From assembly GCA_002633005.1 (NCBI GenBank), contig NMRA01000175.1, forward strand, positions 271,432-335,431: a stretch of DNA of 64,000 bases. The letters run 5' to 3'. Within the stretch, counting starts at the first letter, position 1; every line of letters begins with the position of its first letter. The translations under genes were made by a program, and so were the position numbers. Under the pieces are notes generated by a model. That model was not told the DNA's origin and searched no databases. It was given only the letters and a program-made list of their open reading frames with translations. Source of the stretch: Phoronis australis. Taxonomy: Eukaryota > Animalia > Phoronida. Shown here in pieces: positions 40,201-52,188 of the stretch.

Positions 40201-40835
40201 CGAAATATTGTGTGGTAGCTATGGTTTATGGTTTACTGTTATGAAGCATTGATTTGATGCTACTTCCCATTTACGAAAAAAATGAGCAATTAAAATTTCT
40301 TTTGTCTGCCATAGTGTGTCTTAAATTGTGTTTTTATTTAATGTACATGACGTGAGTTTCGCATTTGTAAAGTGAAGCCCTGGCAGACTTGGAATTTTTT
40401 GTAGATCTAATCTTGTAAAGTTGTAGCTTGTGGTCAGGAAGAGATAGACTTATATATAGCACTGCTTGGGTTAAGTTCATTGTTCAACAAGCTACTGTAC
40501 CCTAAACTCTCGCCAATTTCAGACGACAATGATTGCTAGAATTTCAATTCTAGATTTTTCAAAGGTTCCTAAAATAGCTGTGGATGGCCACAATTTTCCA
40601 AAGCATTGCCTGAACATTTTCTGGTGGTTGGTGTGGTATAAAATTTGAATGTGGTGTTATTAAAGCATTGCTTGTGTGCTGCTTGCTGTTAATGAACAAA
40701 AAGGAGAAAATAAGATTTCACATGTCTGTACCTTGTATCCCTTGTTGATGAGATTTTACCATGAAAGGTGTATGATACCATAATTTTAAACTATTGTATT
40801 ATGCATTCACACTCCCTGTGTAATGGTCATTTCAG

Positions 40836-40950
40836 ACCTTGTTTAAAAGATGCAAAGAAGCTAACAAAGGCTGAGCTGGAAGACAGTCGAATCCGTGAAA
40901 GACTGAAAAATATGCCAAACACCGGCAAGAGCAAGGAGAAAGGACCCCTG
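40836..40950 (+). CDS. MAP3K1: MAP3K1 coding exon 2 (PCLKDAKKLTKAELEDSRIRERLKNMPNTGKSKEKGPL)
   Basis: Acceptor atttcag, donor ctg|gtgagt; phase 2 to 0. Confidence 0.75.
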
Positions 40951-42518
40951 GTGAGTGGAGATAACATTAGTGTGTTATAGGATTAGACGGAATTTGCCGA
41001 ACTCTTTCATTGCTAAACGTGCCTTTCTGCGACTTACCTATTCAATTTCAAACGCGCCGATTGTCAAGTTGGGTACTTGCTCATTCTTTACCTAGATAAT
41101 CTCAAATTTCATGGGAGATAAGTACAGTTTAACATCAGTATCCGATGACAGGATGACAGCTTTACCAAATCTTGAACAAAAGTCGTTCTTATATTCCACC
41201 ATTTTTCAAAAAAACATTTGTCAGATTGTAATTGATACCATGACCTCTGAACTGTCCGACGTCGATGGTTAATTGACTCAAATAAGATGTCATTTTTGTA
41301 TTTTCAAATGTTAATGCTTTGCTACAGATAGTGAAATTTTTGCATGGTGCTATTTTTAGACAGCTGTGCAGGACAAAAGATACTAATAGAATAAATTTTG
41401 TGTTTATTTTTTGCTGAGAAATTCGGCTAAGTAAATTCCACTTGGCATCCATGTGTCATTTTGTGTGAAATGCTATGTACATATTTCAGGCTCCACAGGC
41501 AAATTTTCCCATTACAGTATTTTATTGAACCCTGTTTATACTAATTGTGTAACTTTAAAGCAGGAGTGATGGTGACACCAGTTTTTGTTTTGCAATAACC
41601 GCTTTAAGCAACTTATGGAAATCCGCTTTTCTCTCCTAGAATGTGCCATGCATAGACTTGTGTACTCCATTCACTGTCGTGCTTATCCTATGGCATTTTT
41701 TCATCCATAAAATGTTGCATTAGGTTTGCCCAGGGGGTACTTAAACTATGGCAAGCTGTGCCCTGATCAGCTGCGTGTCCAGACCACAATGACATGAGTG
41801 GTGTCAAGGAAGAGGAGCAGGCCATAAATCACTTTGCGTATTCCATTATAGTTGATTTAGTATCACCGGTAAAATCTCAAGTATTTCGGACACAAATAAT
41901 TGCCCAAAAATGCCCTTTTATCATTTTCAAAGGGCTTCTAAATCTTATCGTGAATGCCGGCAGATTTTCAAAGAATTTTGCCAGGTGGTAGCTGTGATGA
42001 AGAACTTGAATGTGGAAAATATTTGATTTGTTGCAGCAAACATTTCGTGGAAAAAATATGAAATAAAATTTCACTCGTCTTTCATATTGTGTCCTAAATT
42101 GGTGAGATTTTAATGTAGTGGTCACACAACTGCAAAATGATGCGAGTTCAACCAGTGACCATTAACAATATTTCCATTAAGTTTCTTTTTTATTTTGTTT
42201 ATTGTGAATCATGAAAACGAAGTTTGTAAATGACTCGAAAGGCAGTAACCAGATAAACTCAAAAATAAAGAGCTTAGTTGATAATTATTTCCGCCTTGTC
42301 CCAGTTTGCTCTCCATGTGGTCTATTGAAGTAGGGCAAATTGATGACTAGTTTTAACTTTTGTGCACACTGTCACTTGAACTGGTGCAAGTTGCACCCAA
42401 GGCAACTTGTTAGTTTAAGTACCTGACTGGATACAGCTATTGACATGTTACACTGTCACACTTGGTTGGTTAGTGAGGAAACTAAGCACTGACTGATGAA
42501 GAATGGTATCTGTTTCAG

Positions 42519-42563
42519 CTCGCCAAACCCCTGACCAGTACAGCCAGCAATCTGGTACCTCAG
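42519..42563 (+). CDS. MAP3K1: MAP3K1 candidate 45-nt exon 3 (LAKPLTSTASNLVPQ)
   Basis: Acceptor tgtttcag, donor cag|gtaagg; phase 0-0, so skippable. Confidence 0.7.
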
Positions 42564-43750
42564 GTAAGGCTCATTAAGTTACAAGGATTGAGTGATTGTT
42601 GAATTAAACAACACCACCACCATCTGCACTGATGAGCTCATTGGAACATTTGTAGGTCCTTTCTCTGCTGTGCAAAAGTTCAATCAACATTTTTGGGACA
42701 TTTTCTTTCTAATTTCAATATTTACTTGTGTCTTAATGATTGGTAGGCGTGGCTTTCTACAAAATTCTGTTTTCCGTTATGTTGTTGTTTTTTTAATAAA
42801 GAGACTGTCAACTGTTTTGAAAATTGCCGTGCAGCCAACTGCGAATGGGCAAAAAAGTTAGACTGTTAAAACGTTGCACTGTAGTTTAGATAGGGTTCAA
42901 AGACACACATTAACAATGGTGGCGTTCTTGGTACTTGAGTATTACAAAGGGTATGCCATACTATTTTTTATGTTGAAGAAAGTATACTGACTTGAGCCTA
43001 TGTGGGCGTTGTGTGGTTTTGAAGATATTTTTGGACCAGACAGACTTCTTTTTAGAAATCTGCATTTCATGCGTCCATTTTCACTGGATTGCAACGTTCA
43101 TCTTCACGGCATCTTGCGATGTGTTATTGCGAAACACCAAGACCTCTGCTGTAACATTACCCGCCTTCAGAATTCTCATCAGCTTATGTCAGCCAGACTG
43201 AGTGCTCAGAAAGTTTAACCAATCCATGTGTAGTTTACCTGACATTTCCCTGTCTCTCACATACCCTTATGTGCTAGCCCTGATTAAGTCTCATACTGTT
43301 CTGGTAGACGTTTGCTGAGCCAACCAAAACATGTCTGCCCAGTGACTGGTTGAAGCTTACATGAAACATTTAAAAGTCCATGGCAGATGGAAAGTCTTAT
43401 GTTAATGATGCGCGTTAATGATGCCCAGTGACTTTTTTTCAACAAACACTGTAATTAAAACAGTATTACTTTGTTGTTGTTGTGGCAGGGTTGACTGTTA
43501 CCTTACACTGTGTCTGCTGAGTAACTACCTTGCAATGGTCAGGGGAGAATCTGAGTTACCAGTTTTAACTTACGGTTTCATTGTTTCATCAGAATGTCCC
43601 TTCGTTTTATTTGTTTTAATTGGAAAGATATGGTATACTTTCACAGAGTACTTTTCTTTTCTAAGTTGTCTGGAACTGTTGTTTGTTAAACATGTTCTGG
43701 GCTGATCTTCGTGGCTAGTTACAAAATTCAGAAATATATCTGGTCCACCT

Positions 43751-44019
43751 GGGCCTGTTGCATGAAAAATGATTTATAGCTTAAGTCAGAAATTTAGGCC
43801 TTACGCTCCACGCAACTGTTCCTGAAAAATAATGAAATCTCATGTGAATAAAATTGCAAAGTCTTTGAAAATCTACACATAACTGATAATTACTGATGTA
43901 ATTTCTATAAATTATTTCTGAACTGTGATGATTTCATGATTACTTGGCTAAACCTTTATTCAACAATTTGTCTTAATTTCTGTCTTAATTCCAAAATCAC
44001 CTTTCATGAAACGGAAGCC
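43751..44019. mobile_element. Small degenerate MITE (Harbinger-like TIRs)
   Basis: gggcctgttgcatgaaa ... tttcatgaaacggaagcc form imperfect terminal inverted repeats. Confidence 0.5.
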
Positions 44020-44462
44020 TAGATTCCTGGATTTTTGTTTTTTATATATTTTATAATAAGGTGCTGAGCACTACTTTTCATGAGGACTCTTGATACTTTC
44101 ATGTTACCTTCTCCACTTTCATGTTCTCAAGTTCAGTTAGAGCACACGGAAGTGAGTTAAGTGCCATCTTGTTAAAATCAACATGAGATAATTTGATTTG
44201 GTTTTCCCTGTAGTAGTAACGGTAATCACTGGGACTGCCATTTTCGGTTTACTAGTTGGACAGTTTGGTTTTCAATAGTTTCAATTTCAATCTAGTTTTA
44301 ACCAGTTTTTGTTATAACGCCATTTAAAACAACCTCTAGCCTATTGTCGTTCGATACAGGGTTTTGGTGAGTCATTTCTGCGGCCGCCTTCTGGGGTTAC
44401 AGAATTTTGATAAAAACATCCACGGTTATCCGCTTCACTCATTATGGCCATTTTTGATTTTT

Positions 44463-44539
44463 CCCCTCGTAGGATTTGAATTAGAACCATTCACCTTGTG
44501 TTTTTCAGTCCAACACTCTCACCACTTGACTACCGAGGA
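44463..44539 (-). pseudogene. Degenerate tRNA-like sequence / SINE head
   Basis: Minus strand tcctcggtagtcaagtggtgagagtgttggactgaaaaacacaagg...ttcaaatcctacgagggg shows an A box, a degenerate B box and a partial acceptor stem. The arms are broken. Confidence 0.45.
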
Positions 44540-44575
44540 ATTTTGCAAGGCATTTAGGCTAGCTTTGTGTTTCAG

Positions 44576-44749
44576 GCTAGCTCCATCTTCAGGACTAGGT
44601 CGTTCCAAGAGAACCCTACTGTAGGAGGCCTTCGCAAGGCAGCCATATTAAGGAGTGGTTCATTCCATGAGACCCCATTCACACGTAATGTAGTGAACAG
44701 ACCCCTGTCGCCAGGCATACCAAGGCGAAGGATCTCTCCTTCAAATTCA
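44576..44749 (+). CDS. MAP3K1: MAP3K1 coding exon 4 (ASSIFRTRSFQENPTVGGLRKAAILRSGSF...RRISPSNS)
   Basis: Acceptor tgtttcag, donor tca|gtaagt; phase 0-0. Confidence 0.8.
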
Positions 44750-45485
44750 GTAAGTTCATCTAATGCATTGGTATTTGATAAGATTGCGACTGCAACAAGA
44801 CTTGTGCTTGGATAATAGTAACCCTTGTCAATTGGAAATAGCAAGAAACTTACCTTTTTCTTCTGAAGTCGGATATTGTTATAGCTCCGTACCACGTCAT
44901 CTTTGAAAACCATTAGTTTGCTTCGTGTTGTGTGATGGAACCCTTCGTTGTGATTTGTAAAGCGACGGTTTACCATTCCTAATCACACGTAATAAACTAG
45001 AGACGGAATGGAGATTATTGGCTGCTTTAACTGGGAGATTCAACATCACTAAGTTCCTGTATTTCAGTTTGAAACTTGCACTTTGACCTAACTAGCATGG
45101 CATAGAAGTACAACTGAAACACGCCTTCTGTTTTGTTCTGTAATATTTCTGTCTGAAACTAGTTATGCGTGGTCTACAAAGGATTGTATGACAGCACTAT
45201 GTTGTGCTAGTGTTGCATATTCCTGGAATCTCCAAAAAGTCGAGTTTGAGTTCGTATCTAAAGTAGGTGCTTCACATCTTCAATGGGCATAATTATACTA
45301 GCCATAGGTACGCAGAGTATGAATTAGAACAATTGTAGAAACTCATTCCCGACGTCCGTTATTTGAAGTAGTAGTCATAGTTGTATTTCCTTCGTCCCCT
45401 GTGGAGCATCAGACTAGTCTGACAGTTTTGCCTAATTAGCATGACACCATGGTGTTAATTACCTTTGACCTCTCACTTCCTACAG

Positions 45486-45683
45486 TTTACAAAAGGTAAC
45501 CTGGCTAGCGGCCGAAGAACTCCTTCACCCAACATGGCCGCTGACACTGGTGACACAGCCAAGAAGCGTGTTGACAAGGTGTTGCGCGCACGACTTTACC
45601 TTCTCCAACAGATGGGGCCCAATTCATTCCTCATTGGAGGCGACAATCCAGACAACAAGTACAAAGTCATCATCGGGCCTCAG
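45486..45683 (+). CDS. MAP3K1: MAP3K1 exon 5, start of SWIM region (…RVDKVLRARLYLLQQMGPNSFLIGGDNPDNKYKVIIGPQ)
   Basis: Near-identical to the vertebrate MEKK1 segment; canonical splice sites. Confidence 0.95.
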
Positions 45684-46043
45684 GTAGGTGGACAGATGTC
45701 GGGCGTATTCATGGGTTTCAAATCTGATCGAGAAATCATACTCTTTAGCTTCACATTGGGCTGTTAAATGTAGACAATATAGTGGAGTGTGGTGCATTAG
45801 TACAAAATTTTCTTTCAGAGGAAGAAAAGCTTGTTTTCCGTGTTCCAAGAATTTGAGAACATGAGGAGTACTGTGAACTTTGCATCCATCAGTCGTTGTC
45901 ACAGCAACATAATGTTTAGTGCATGTTTAACTCTGGACTCTACTGGGAGGTTGCGTGCTTACTCACTGGACCCTGAGGAGGTCTTATGCCACATTAGTTC
46001 ACCTTGCTCTGTGCTGGTCACACCGTGTCACTTTCTGTTTCAG

Positions 46044-46157
46044 ACTTGCAGCTGTTGTCGACCCCACTGTGTTCATCTCTTGTTCATCATGTTGCGTGTG
46101 TTCCAAGTGCGTGAAAACGACGCCCTCTTGTGGAGTAAGCCCCTGAAGAACTATGAG
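46044..46157 (+). CDS. MAP3K1: MAP3K1 exon 6, SWIM zinc finger ([22 protein letters not shown]...LKNYE)
   Basis: CxC...CxH motif; ends at the non-canonical donor GAG|GCGAGT. Confidence 0.92.
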
Positions 46158-46594
46158 GCGAGTTGAACATTAGTGCCGTTACTTTGTTCCAGTGATTGTC
46201 AGGCACACGTGACGTATGCTAAAACTGTTGGATCCGTCATCTCATTTAGTTTTCAGTTCTGTCACCTTCAATGAACAAGTAACAAAACATCAAATGCAAA
46301 TCAATTGTAATTCCTGGAAAGTAAGCATTGTTAATTGTTGTGAAAGTCATCAATGTTCTTATCTTGTCAACATTTTCTGTGTGTTGTCATTGAGGTATGA
46401 GTCTTATGAATTTGCAAATTTGATGTAAGGCTGCTGTATATTATTGCTCGGTCCAATTCATTGAGATTCAGAAACGTTATATTTCTACATTTGTGATTCT
46501 ACTCAGATCTCATCTTGTTAGTTTTGTTGTCTGGCGTTCTGTAAGACTGTTGTAAAGAATTTGCCATTTGCTTATTTGTGTTTTCTGTCCTCAG

Positions 46595-46743
46595 GTAGAG
46601 AACTTATTTCGTCTATACCACGCCCGACGTACGTCGCGGATAAAATCTCTGAAAAAGGCCGCCACTTCTGTTGCCAAACCGTCTAGCCCTCCCCCAAGTC
46701 CTTCGTCTCCCGACAGTGTAGCCAGTAACAACAGTGATGTTGG
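46595..46743 (+). CDS. MAP3K1: MAP3K1 exon 7 (VENLFRLYHARRTSRIK...NSDV)
   Basis: Matches vertebrate VESLFQKYHSRRSSRIK; acceptor cctcag, donor gtaggt. Confidence 0.92.
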
Positions 46744-47007
46744 GTAGGTGGCGCTAGTGTCATAATGAAATATTAGAATTACTCGGGATTACTTTTAGTT
46801 TGGAACGTCTTAAGCTTAAATAGTGCAATTTATATTGTGCATTTGTGGGAGTGTGATTTTAAATTCAGTCGCACTTGTTTGTGCTTTATTCCTTGCCAGA
46901 AAACCAATATTTTGTCCTAGTTATAAAAGCATTCCTAGGGATGTCAGCATAATCAAATTAACCGGTAAAAGTGATGCTGATAGCAGTCGTATTTTTTATC
47001 CTACCAG

Positions 47008-47123
47008 TCGCACTGAAGAAGAAACTTGTCCTATTTGTCTGATGGAGTTACTGGATGGGGAGGCGACTGTGGCTTGTGAGGGCGGCTGTCAAAACAAACT
47101 GCACCTTCACTGCATAGCTGTGT
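47008..47123 (+). CDS. MAP3K1: MAP3K1 exon 8, RING/PHD first half (CPICLMELLDGEATVACEGGCQNKLHLHCIAV)
   Basis: C4HC3-type RING residues; phase 2 to 1. Confidence 0.95.
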
Positions 47124-47876
47124 GTAAGTTGAACTGTTCAGCTCATCTACTGACCCCCACACCTGGGTCATGTGTCCAGATCACTATAGTCATAACCATG
47201 GCAATAGTTCTATTCTATTTTCACATCACATTCAGCTAATTTCTGTGTTTCACATTTGGTGTGATGTAAGATGCGTGTTTCAGATTACACTAAATAATTG
47301 ACATGCCAGTATTATTTACCAACCTGTGAGAGCATGTTGTTTATTCCTGATACATCCTATAACGTGGCATAATGTAACTTGAACATTTTGTTCTAATACT
47401 CTTACAAAATCTCTTTTTGAAGGCAGGGAAGAAAGCAGGCTTGCGTTACATTCACTAGCTTCCTGATAATCAACATGTATCAAGTAATGTTTTTTTTGTG
47501 TCAAGCCTGTCAGGTGGTGTAGTGGCCAGGTATATCTCTCATTCGGTTTGTTGCGATTGACTTGTGTGGTTTTGGATTTGAGGTTTGTCTTGACGAAGTG
47601 GTTCCTTACCAGGGTTCAGGGGTCTAACATCTGTACTGGAAAAGTGACCAATTACATGGCAGGCTTCGATTGAATTTAATAATTAGTTCTTGAATTGTGC
47701 GGTGTTGTCATTTTAGGGTCTGAGCCGAGTCTGAGTTCGCAATTTGGCACTGGGCCCAGATGTTGTTCGCAAACATACTGTATTCATACCTTGGCAAGCA
47801 CTCCCAAATTTTCAGAAAATTACCTTTGAAACATGCTCAGCTTAATACCTACTCGTTCAATTTGATGTTTCAACTT

Positions 47877-47917
47877 TGGTATGGAATGGTATGGTATGGT
47901 ATGGTATGGTATGGTAT
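47877..47917 (+). repeat. (TGGTA)n pentanucleotide microsatellite
   Basis: About 8 units read directly. Confidence 0.9.
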
Positions 47918-47995
47918 GATATGATTGACCCTAGTACTTTGGTTCAGTCACTTTGATTGAGTCGTTATCGATAATCATGTTTGGTTGTCTTGCAG

Positions 47996-48086
47996 GGTTC
48001 CAGCTGTGCCGCAAGCAGCACGACACGCTAATATGTCCGCTGTGTCGCATGGCGTGGAAGGGCAACATGGCAGAAATCAATGCTGA
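47996..48086 (+). CDS. MAP3K1: MAP3K1 exon 9, RING second half (WFQLCRKQHDTLICPLCRMAWK)
   Basis: ICPLCR..W motif; phase 1 to 2. Confidence 0.95.
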
Positions 48087-48563
48087 GTAAGTCGCGTGTA
48101 TTCTGCAAATTGTAGCAAAGGGAATGATAGTTATTGTTTAAGTCCAGTTATTGATTTAAGTCTAGTTGAACAAAATCGTGGTGCCTACTCAGCTTGTAAA
48201 ATTTGGAAAATGACATAAGTAATTTCTATGCACTAAAAAGGGTTATGGGATTACTAGGTTATAACAAAACGACTCAGTTTACAATCTCTCTGCATTCTGA
48301 TCTCGTATGTTTGGCAACAACCAATAGCACAATAGCACTGTAGGTCATTTGTTTTGTGGGAAAATGTCAGAAAATGAGAATTTCATCCTGGAATATGAAA
48401 CGTTTAGGACAGACGTTGAAATACATTTGATAAAAGCATTTTACACTTTTGTTCTCACTATCTATATAAACTACCTAGGCTTCTCAACATCATGAAGCAG
48501 CATAGACAACCTGAGAATAAACAAACAAATTCCAAGACTGTCTTACCTCTTGACTTGTTGCAG

Positions 48564-48720
48564 GCCCGTAGACAGTCCCATGTCGACGCCTGAGCCTGAC
48601 ATGCACCCAGACTCTCGGGCCTCATCACCCCAGCCTGTGTCTACAGGTACAGAGAACCTGCTGCCACGCCCCGAGCCAATACCTGCTGAGTTTCAAGATA
48701 TTTCCCGGCCCTGGCTTGAG
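48564..48720 (+). CDS. MAP3K1: MAP3K1 exon 10 (PVDSPMSTPEP...IPAEFQDISRPWLE)
   Basis: Acceptor ttgcag, donor gag|gtatgg; phase 2 to 0. Confidence 0.9.
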
Positions 48721-49120
48721 GTATGGTTTTGCTGTCACAGTGGTGTAGCAGTTTTAAGATACTATTGCTGGGTTGTAAATAGTCATATGCTTGTTCAAGG
48801 TTACTATATTTGTGAACATTCAGTTCAGGTTCAGCTGAGGTTGTCTGGTGAAAATTACGAAATAATCAATTAGCAACTTTGAGTAAGGCATCTATTCCAG
48901 TCACACACATCGGGTTTTTATAATGTTTAATGTTGTAATATTCTGGTTTATGCACCCAAAAAATCCATCGGGGCATTTTGTGTTATGCAAAATTTCTCAC
49001 TCATTTAGGTTCTGCCAAACCTCTAGAATTTTATTAAAACACGTGGGTGATATCAGCTTGGGGTGCTTTTCTTCTCTTTATTCTTCCCAGTCTCTACTGT
49101 TGTTCTTCCCTCCTTTTTAG

Positions 49121-49363
49121 CTACTCAGTGAGGACCTCGTCTCCTGTCTGGTGTCACGTAACTGGTCGGTGCGGGAGACAGGTCTACGGCACCTGGCACG
49201 CGAGGTGATCGCCTCTCTCCTCCCAACAGTGGGTGAGGGGCGTCAGGGAGTGAACGTGTCTGTTGACAGACAGGAGATGGCCAAAAGGACGCTAGCCTGT
49301 TGCTGTAGTGTGCTGGCGTTCACGTGCTCAGACCCTGTCTACAAGGTGTTTGTGGCTAGCTTG
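49121..49363 (+). CDS. MAP3K1: MAP3K1 exon 11, TOG/ARM-like region (LVSCLVSRNWSVRETGLRHL...SDPVYKVFVASL)
   Basis: Matches the SRNWxVRE and DPVYKV motifs of MEKK1; canonical splice sites. Confidence 0.95.
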
Positions 49364-49606
49364 GTAAGTGCTACTTATTCTAGGAAAGTAGTGGCTTTGT
49401 GGCTCAGTGGAGAATGTGGTCAATTCAGCCTTAAGTTGATAAGTTCAATCCACCAGTCATGTGGTTGACTGCATGTTCTTGAGCAATACGCTATTGGTTT
49501 TGTTCCAATCAAATAGAGGAAATTATGAAAATTGCTCTCATGATGACCATTCATGTGAAAACACTCCCCTCCATGTGTCTAAGATCATTTCACTTTTGTT
49601 TTCTAG

Positions 49607-49820
49607 AGGGCGCTACGCTCAGTGTTATCGTATACCCCGTGCCGGGATTCCAACAAACAATCAGTATTACAATCATTGCTCAAGCCCGTCATCGACGCAG
49701 TGCTGCTCAAGTGTGCTGACGGTAACCGCCGCACCAGTCAATTGTCGACATCCACCATATTAGAATTAGCCAAGGGCCAGGAGGGGGAGCTAGCAGTCGG
49801 CAGGGAAATCACGAATCCAG
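49607..49820 (+). CDS. MAP3K1: MAP3K1 exon 12, TOG/ARM-like region ([12 protein letters not shown]...[33 protein letters not shown])
   Basis: Conserved MEKK1 motif; phase 0 to 1. Confidence 0.95.
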
Positions 49821-50244
49821 GTATATATATATGCACAGCTACAGTACTTAACAAAACAAATATTTGATGTTGTAAAACTTTATGCAAAACTTGTGAGAAC
49901 TGCCAAGATCAGAGCAAGATATTTGTTGAAATACTCTATGCTAGGAATCTGCTCGACAAGGACAATGGAAAAAAACAAATTGAACAGATATTTGGCGTTT
50001 ACATAAATTCTTTCTGGTATTCGGAATAATTTTTCTTTGAATTTTTAACCTGTTGCATCTGCGCAATTTTTAGTGGCGTGCACATGAAGCAAATTAGCGA
50101 TGATGAAAATGTGTCATTGGTTGCAGTGGCATGTGTGTCAAACTGTCTGGTGTAAACATTTCAAGTGACTTATAAAACTAACTATTTTCTTAACGTTACT
50201 ATATCTGCATATAAGTATTGCATGCAACATGGGCATTGTTGCAG

Positions 50245-52188
50245 GTGCTGATGGTCTGGGCGGAGTCACCTATGTGTTGTCATGCGTTACGGAGGACTAC
50301 GAGGTGAAGGACGTGCAGTGGCAATGGCTGCTGGGAAGGATTCACACCATCGACAAACTGGTCGAGGAGTTCCAACACGAGTTCCTAGTTGACGTGGACT
50401 CTCAGGGTGGCGATATCGACATTGAGAAATACGACGATATGACCTCATACCAGAAAGTGATGTCTGTGCTCAAGTTCTCACTGAAAGCACTGGATCATTC
50501 GCACACGCGGATCGGTAAAACGGCTCGTCGCGTGTTCATTCGCACGGCACGCTTTGTGGTTCACATTCCCAAGTTGTTCAGAAAGGTGGAAGATATGTTG
50601 AATTGCTTGGACGCTACCCTGCAGAGTCGTATGAAGCACCGTCTGTTGCTGATATTGAGTGAGTACCAGGGGCAAGGTGAGGAGCCTTCAGCTACCTCCA
50701 GTCCTATACCGGTACCCACTCCTGTGGGAGCACTGCCCTACTCCCCTCGTGGGGTGGAGTCAATACGTAACTCAGAGTCTCCCAGAAACACGATAATTAT
50801 CAATAATTATGTCACGGACAAAGTTGTCGTCGTTCGACCGGACGGTAAACATGGATTCACGCCCGTCTCATTGGCTTCGTCAGTGACACGGGACATGCAG
50901 AGAAGTGAATCACCCCGTGATGATGGGACAGTGTCACCGCGATCTAAAGCCCGTCGACCAAATACTCTTGTTCCTCCGCAGAAACGTCTTCACTGGAAGT
51001 CTGCATTTGCCATGGCTACCAACCAGTCAGAACACTTGTTGGTGCCGCAGCCTCCTCCTGACCCCGTCGTCGAGGGCGACGATGAGGAGGAGCTGGTTGA
51101 CAGTGCCAAAGAGCCTGTGTGCCGAGAGAGTTCTGGCGGGAGCAGCATGGGAAGTTTGGAGGAAGAAACTGTTGAGAAATCAGCGACGGAAAGTACGGAG
51201 AAAGAGACTCTGAAAGAAACTGTAGAGAGTGAAGACCCCCCTGTGGAGGAAGTGTGTGGCCCAGCAGTGCGGACCAGCATTCACTTCAGCGATGATTTCC
51301 TGGTGACATCACACATTGGTGCTAACGGTGAAGTGACCACGTATACATCACAGAGTACAAACACAACGCCCACGCACACAACAGTGTATTCAGACAATGT
51401 CAGGGCACCCAGAGTTCTACCTCCAAAACCAATGAGCTACGCGGACAAATCCAAAGCCCCGTTGCCCCCTGACCCAAAGGAGTACACTCCCCTGCCCCCT
51501 CTGCCAGTTGTCCAAGTGTCTGACGCCAATGGTGACATGATTGACAGTCCAGACGAGCCATTCCCTCACCAGCTGAGCAGAGAGACTTCTATTGATGAGG
51601 TGGATGAAGGGTTTAAAATTGAAAATGAGCCCAGTTTCTACTTCTTGCGTAACCCGCCGGGGCTACTAAAGAGGAAGGCCATTTATTGTTCATGTGGGGG
51701 CAATGACGGCTGTTTGAACTGTGAGCAAATGTGGAGGTCAATGCTGGCAGATAGCAGTGTAGAGTATGAGTCGGAAACCTGTGATACACAGACAGAGGCC
51801 ATGTCTGACGATGATAATGACATTCGAGAAGAATTGACCTTCACTGATGATGACCTCAGTGACCAGGTGTCTGCTGGCCAGTCAGAGAGTAGTACTCCCG
51901 CTGTTGAGCCACACTGTCGATCTTCATCATCACGGGAGTATTTAGAGACAAACCTGGATGATATCTCTGTTGACGAGCGCAGTATGAGTGTCGCACGGGT
52001 CAGCACATCGACACCATCTGCAGTGAGAGTTGTAGGGCAGGCTTCTGGGGGGTGCAAGACTCAGGACAGTGGGATGGTGACGGAGGACTTCTCTGATTTG
52101 ACACTGTCACCGTCGACACCCGACGACGCTGTGTCATTCAAGAGTGAGGTGGCTGTGCTGTCGCCTCGTAATGGAGAGCCAGAGGAAG
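50245..52188 (+). CDS. MAP3K1: MAP3K1 exon 13 (1944 nt): end of TOG region plus long acidic, Ser/Pro-rich linker
   Basis: Corresponds to ORF 50229..52196; contains WQWLLGR and SFKSEVAVLSP; acceptor ttgcag, donor g|gtgagt; phase 1-1. Confidence 0.93.

Noticed and set aside
44572-44976. 134-aa antisense ORF, and the other antisense ORFs over 50478-52557 and 24686-24898
   Set aside because: These are shadows of plus-strand MAP3K1 exons with no independent coding signal.
49388-49455. tRNA-like A/B boxes (tggctcagtgg ... gttcaatcc) just after a MAP3K1 donor
   Set aside because: No cloverleaf stems can be formed; at most a decayed SINE head.
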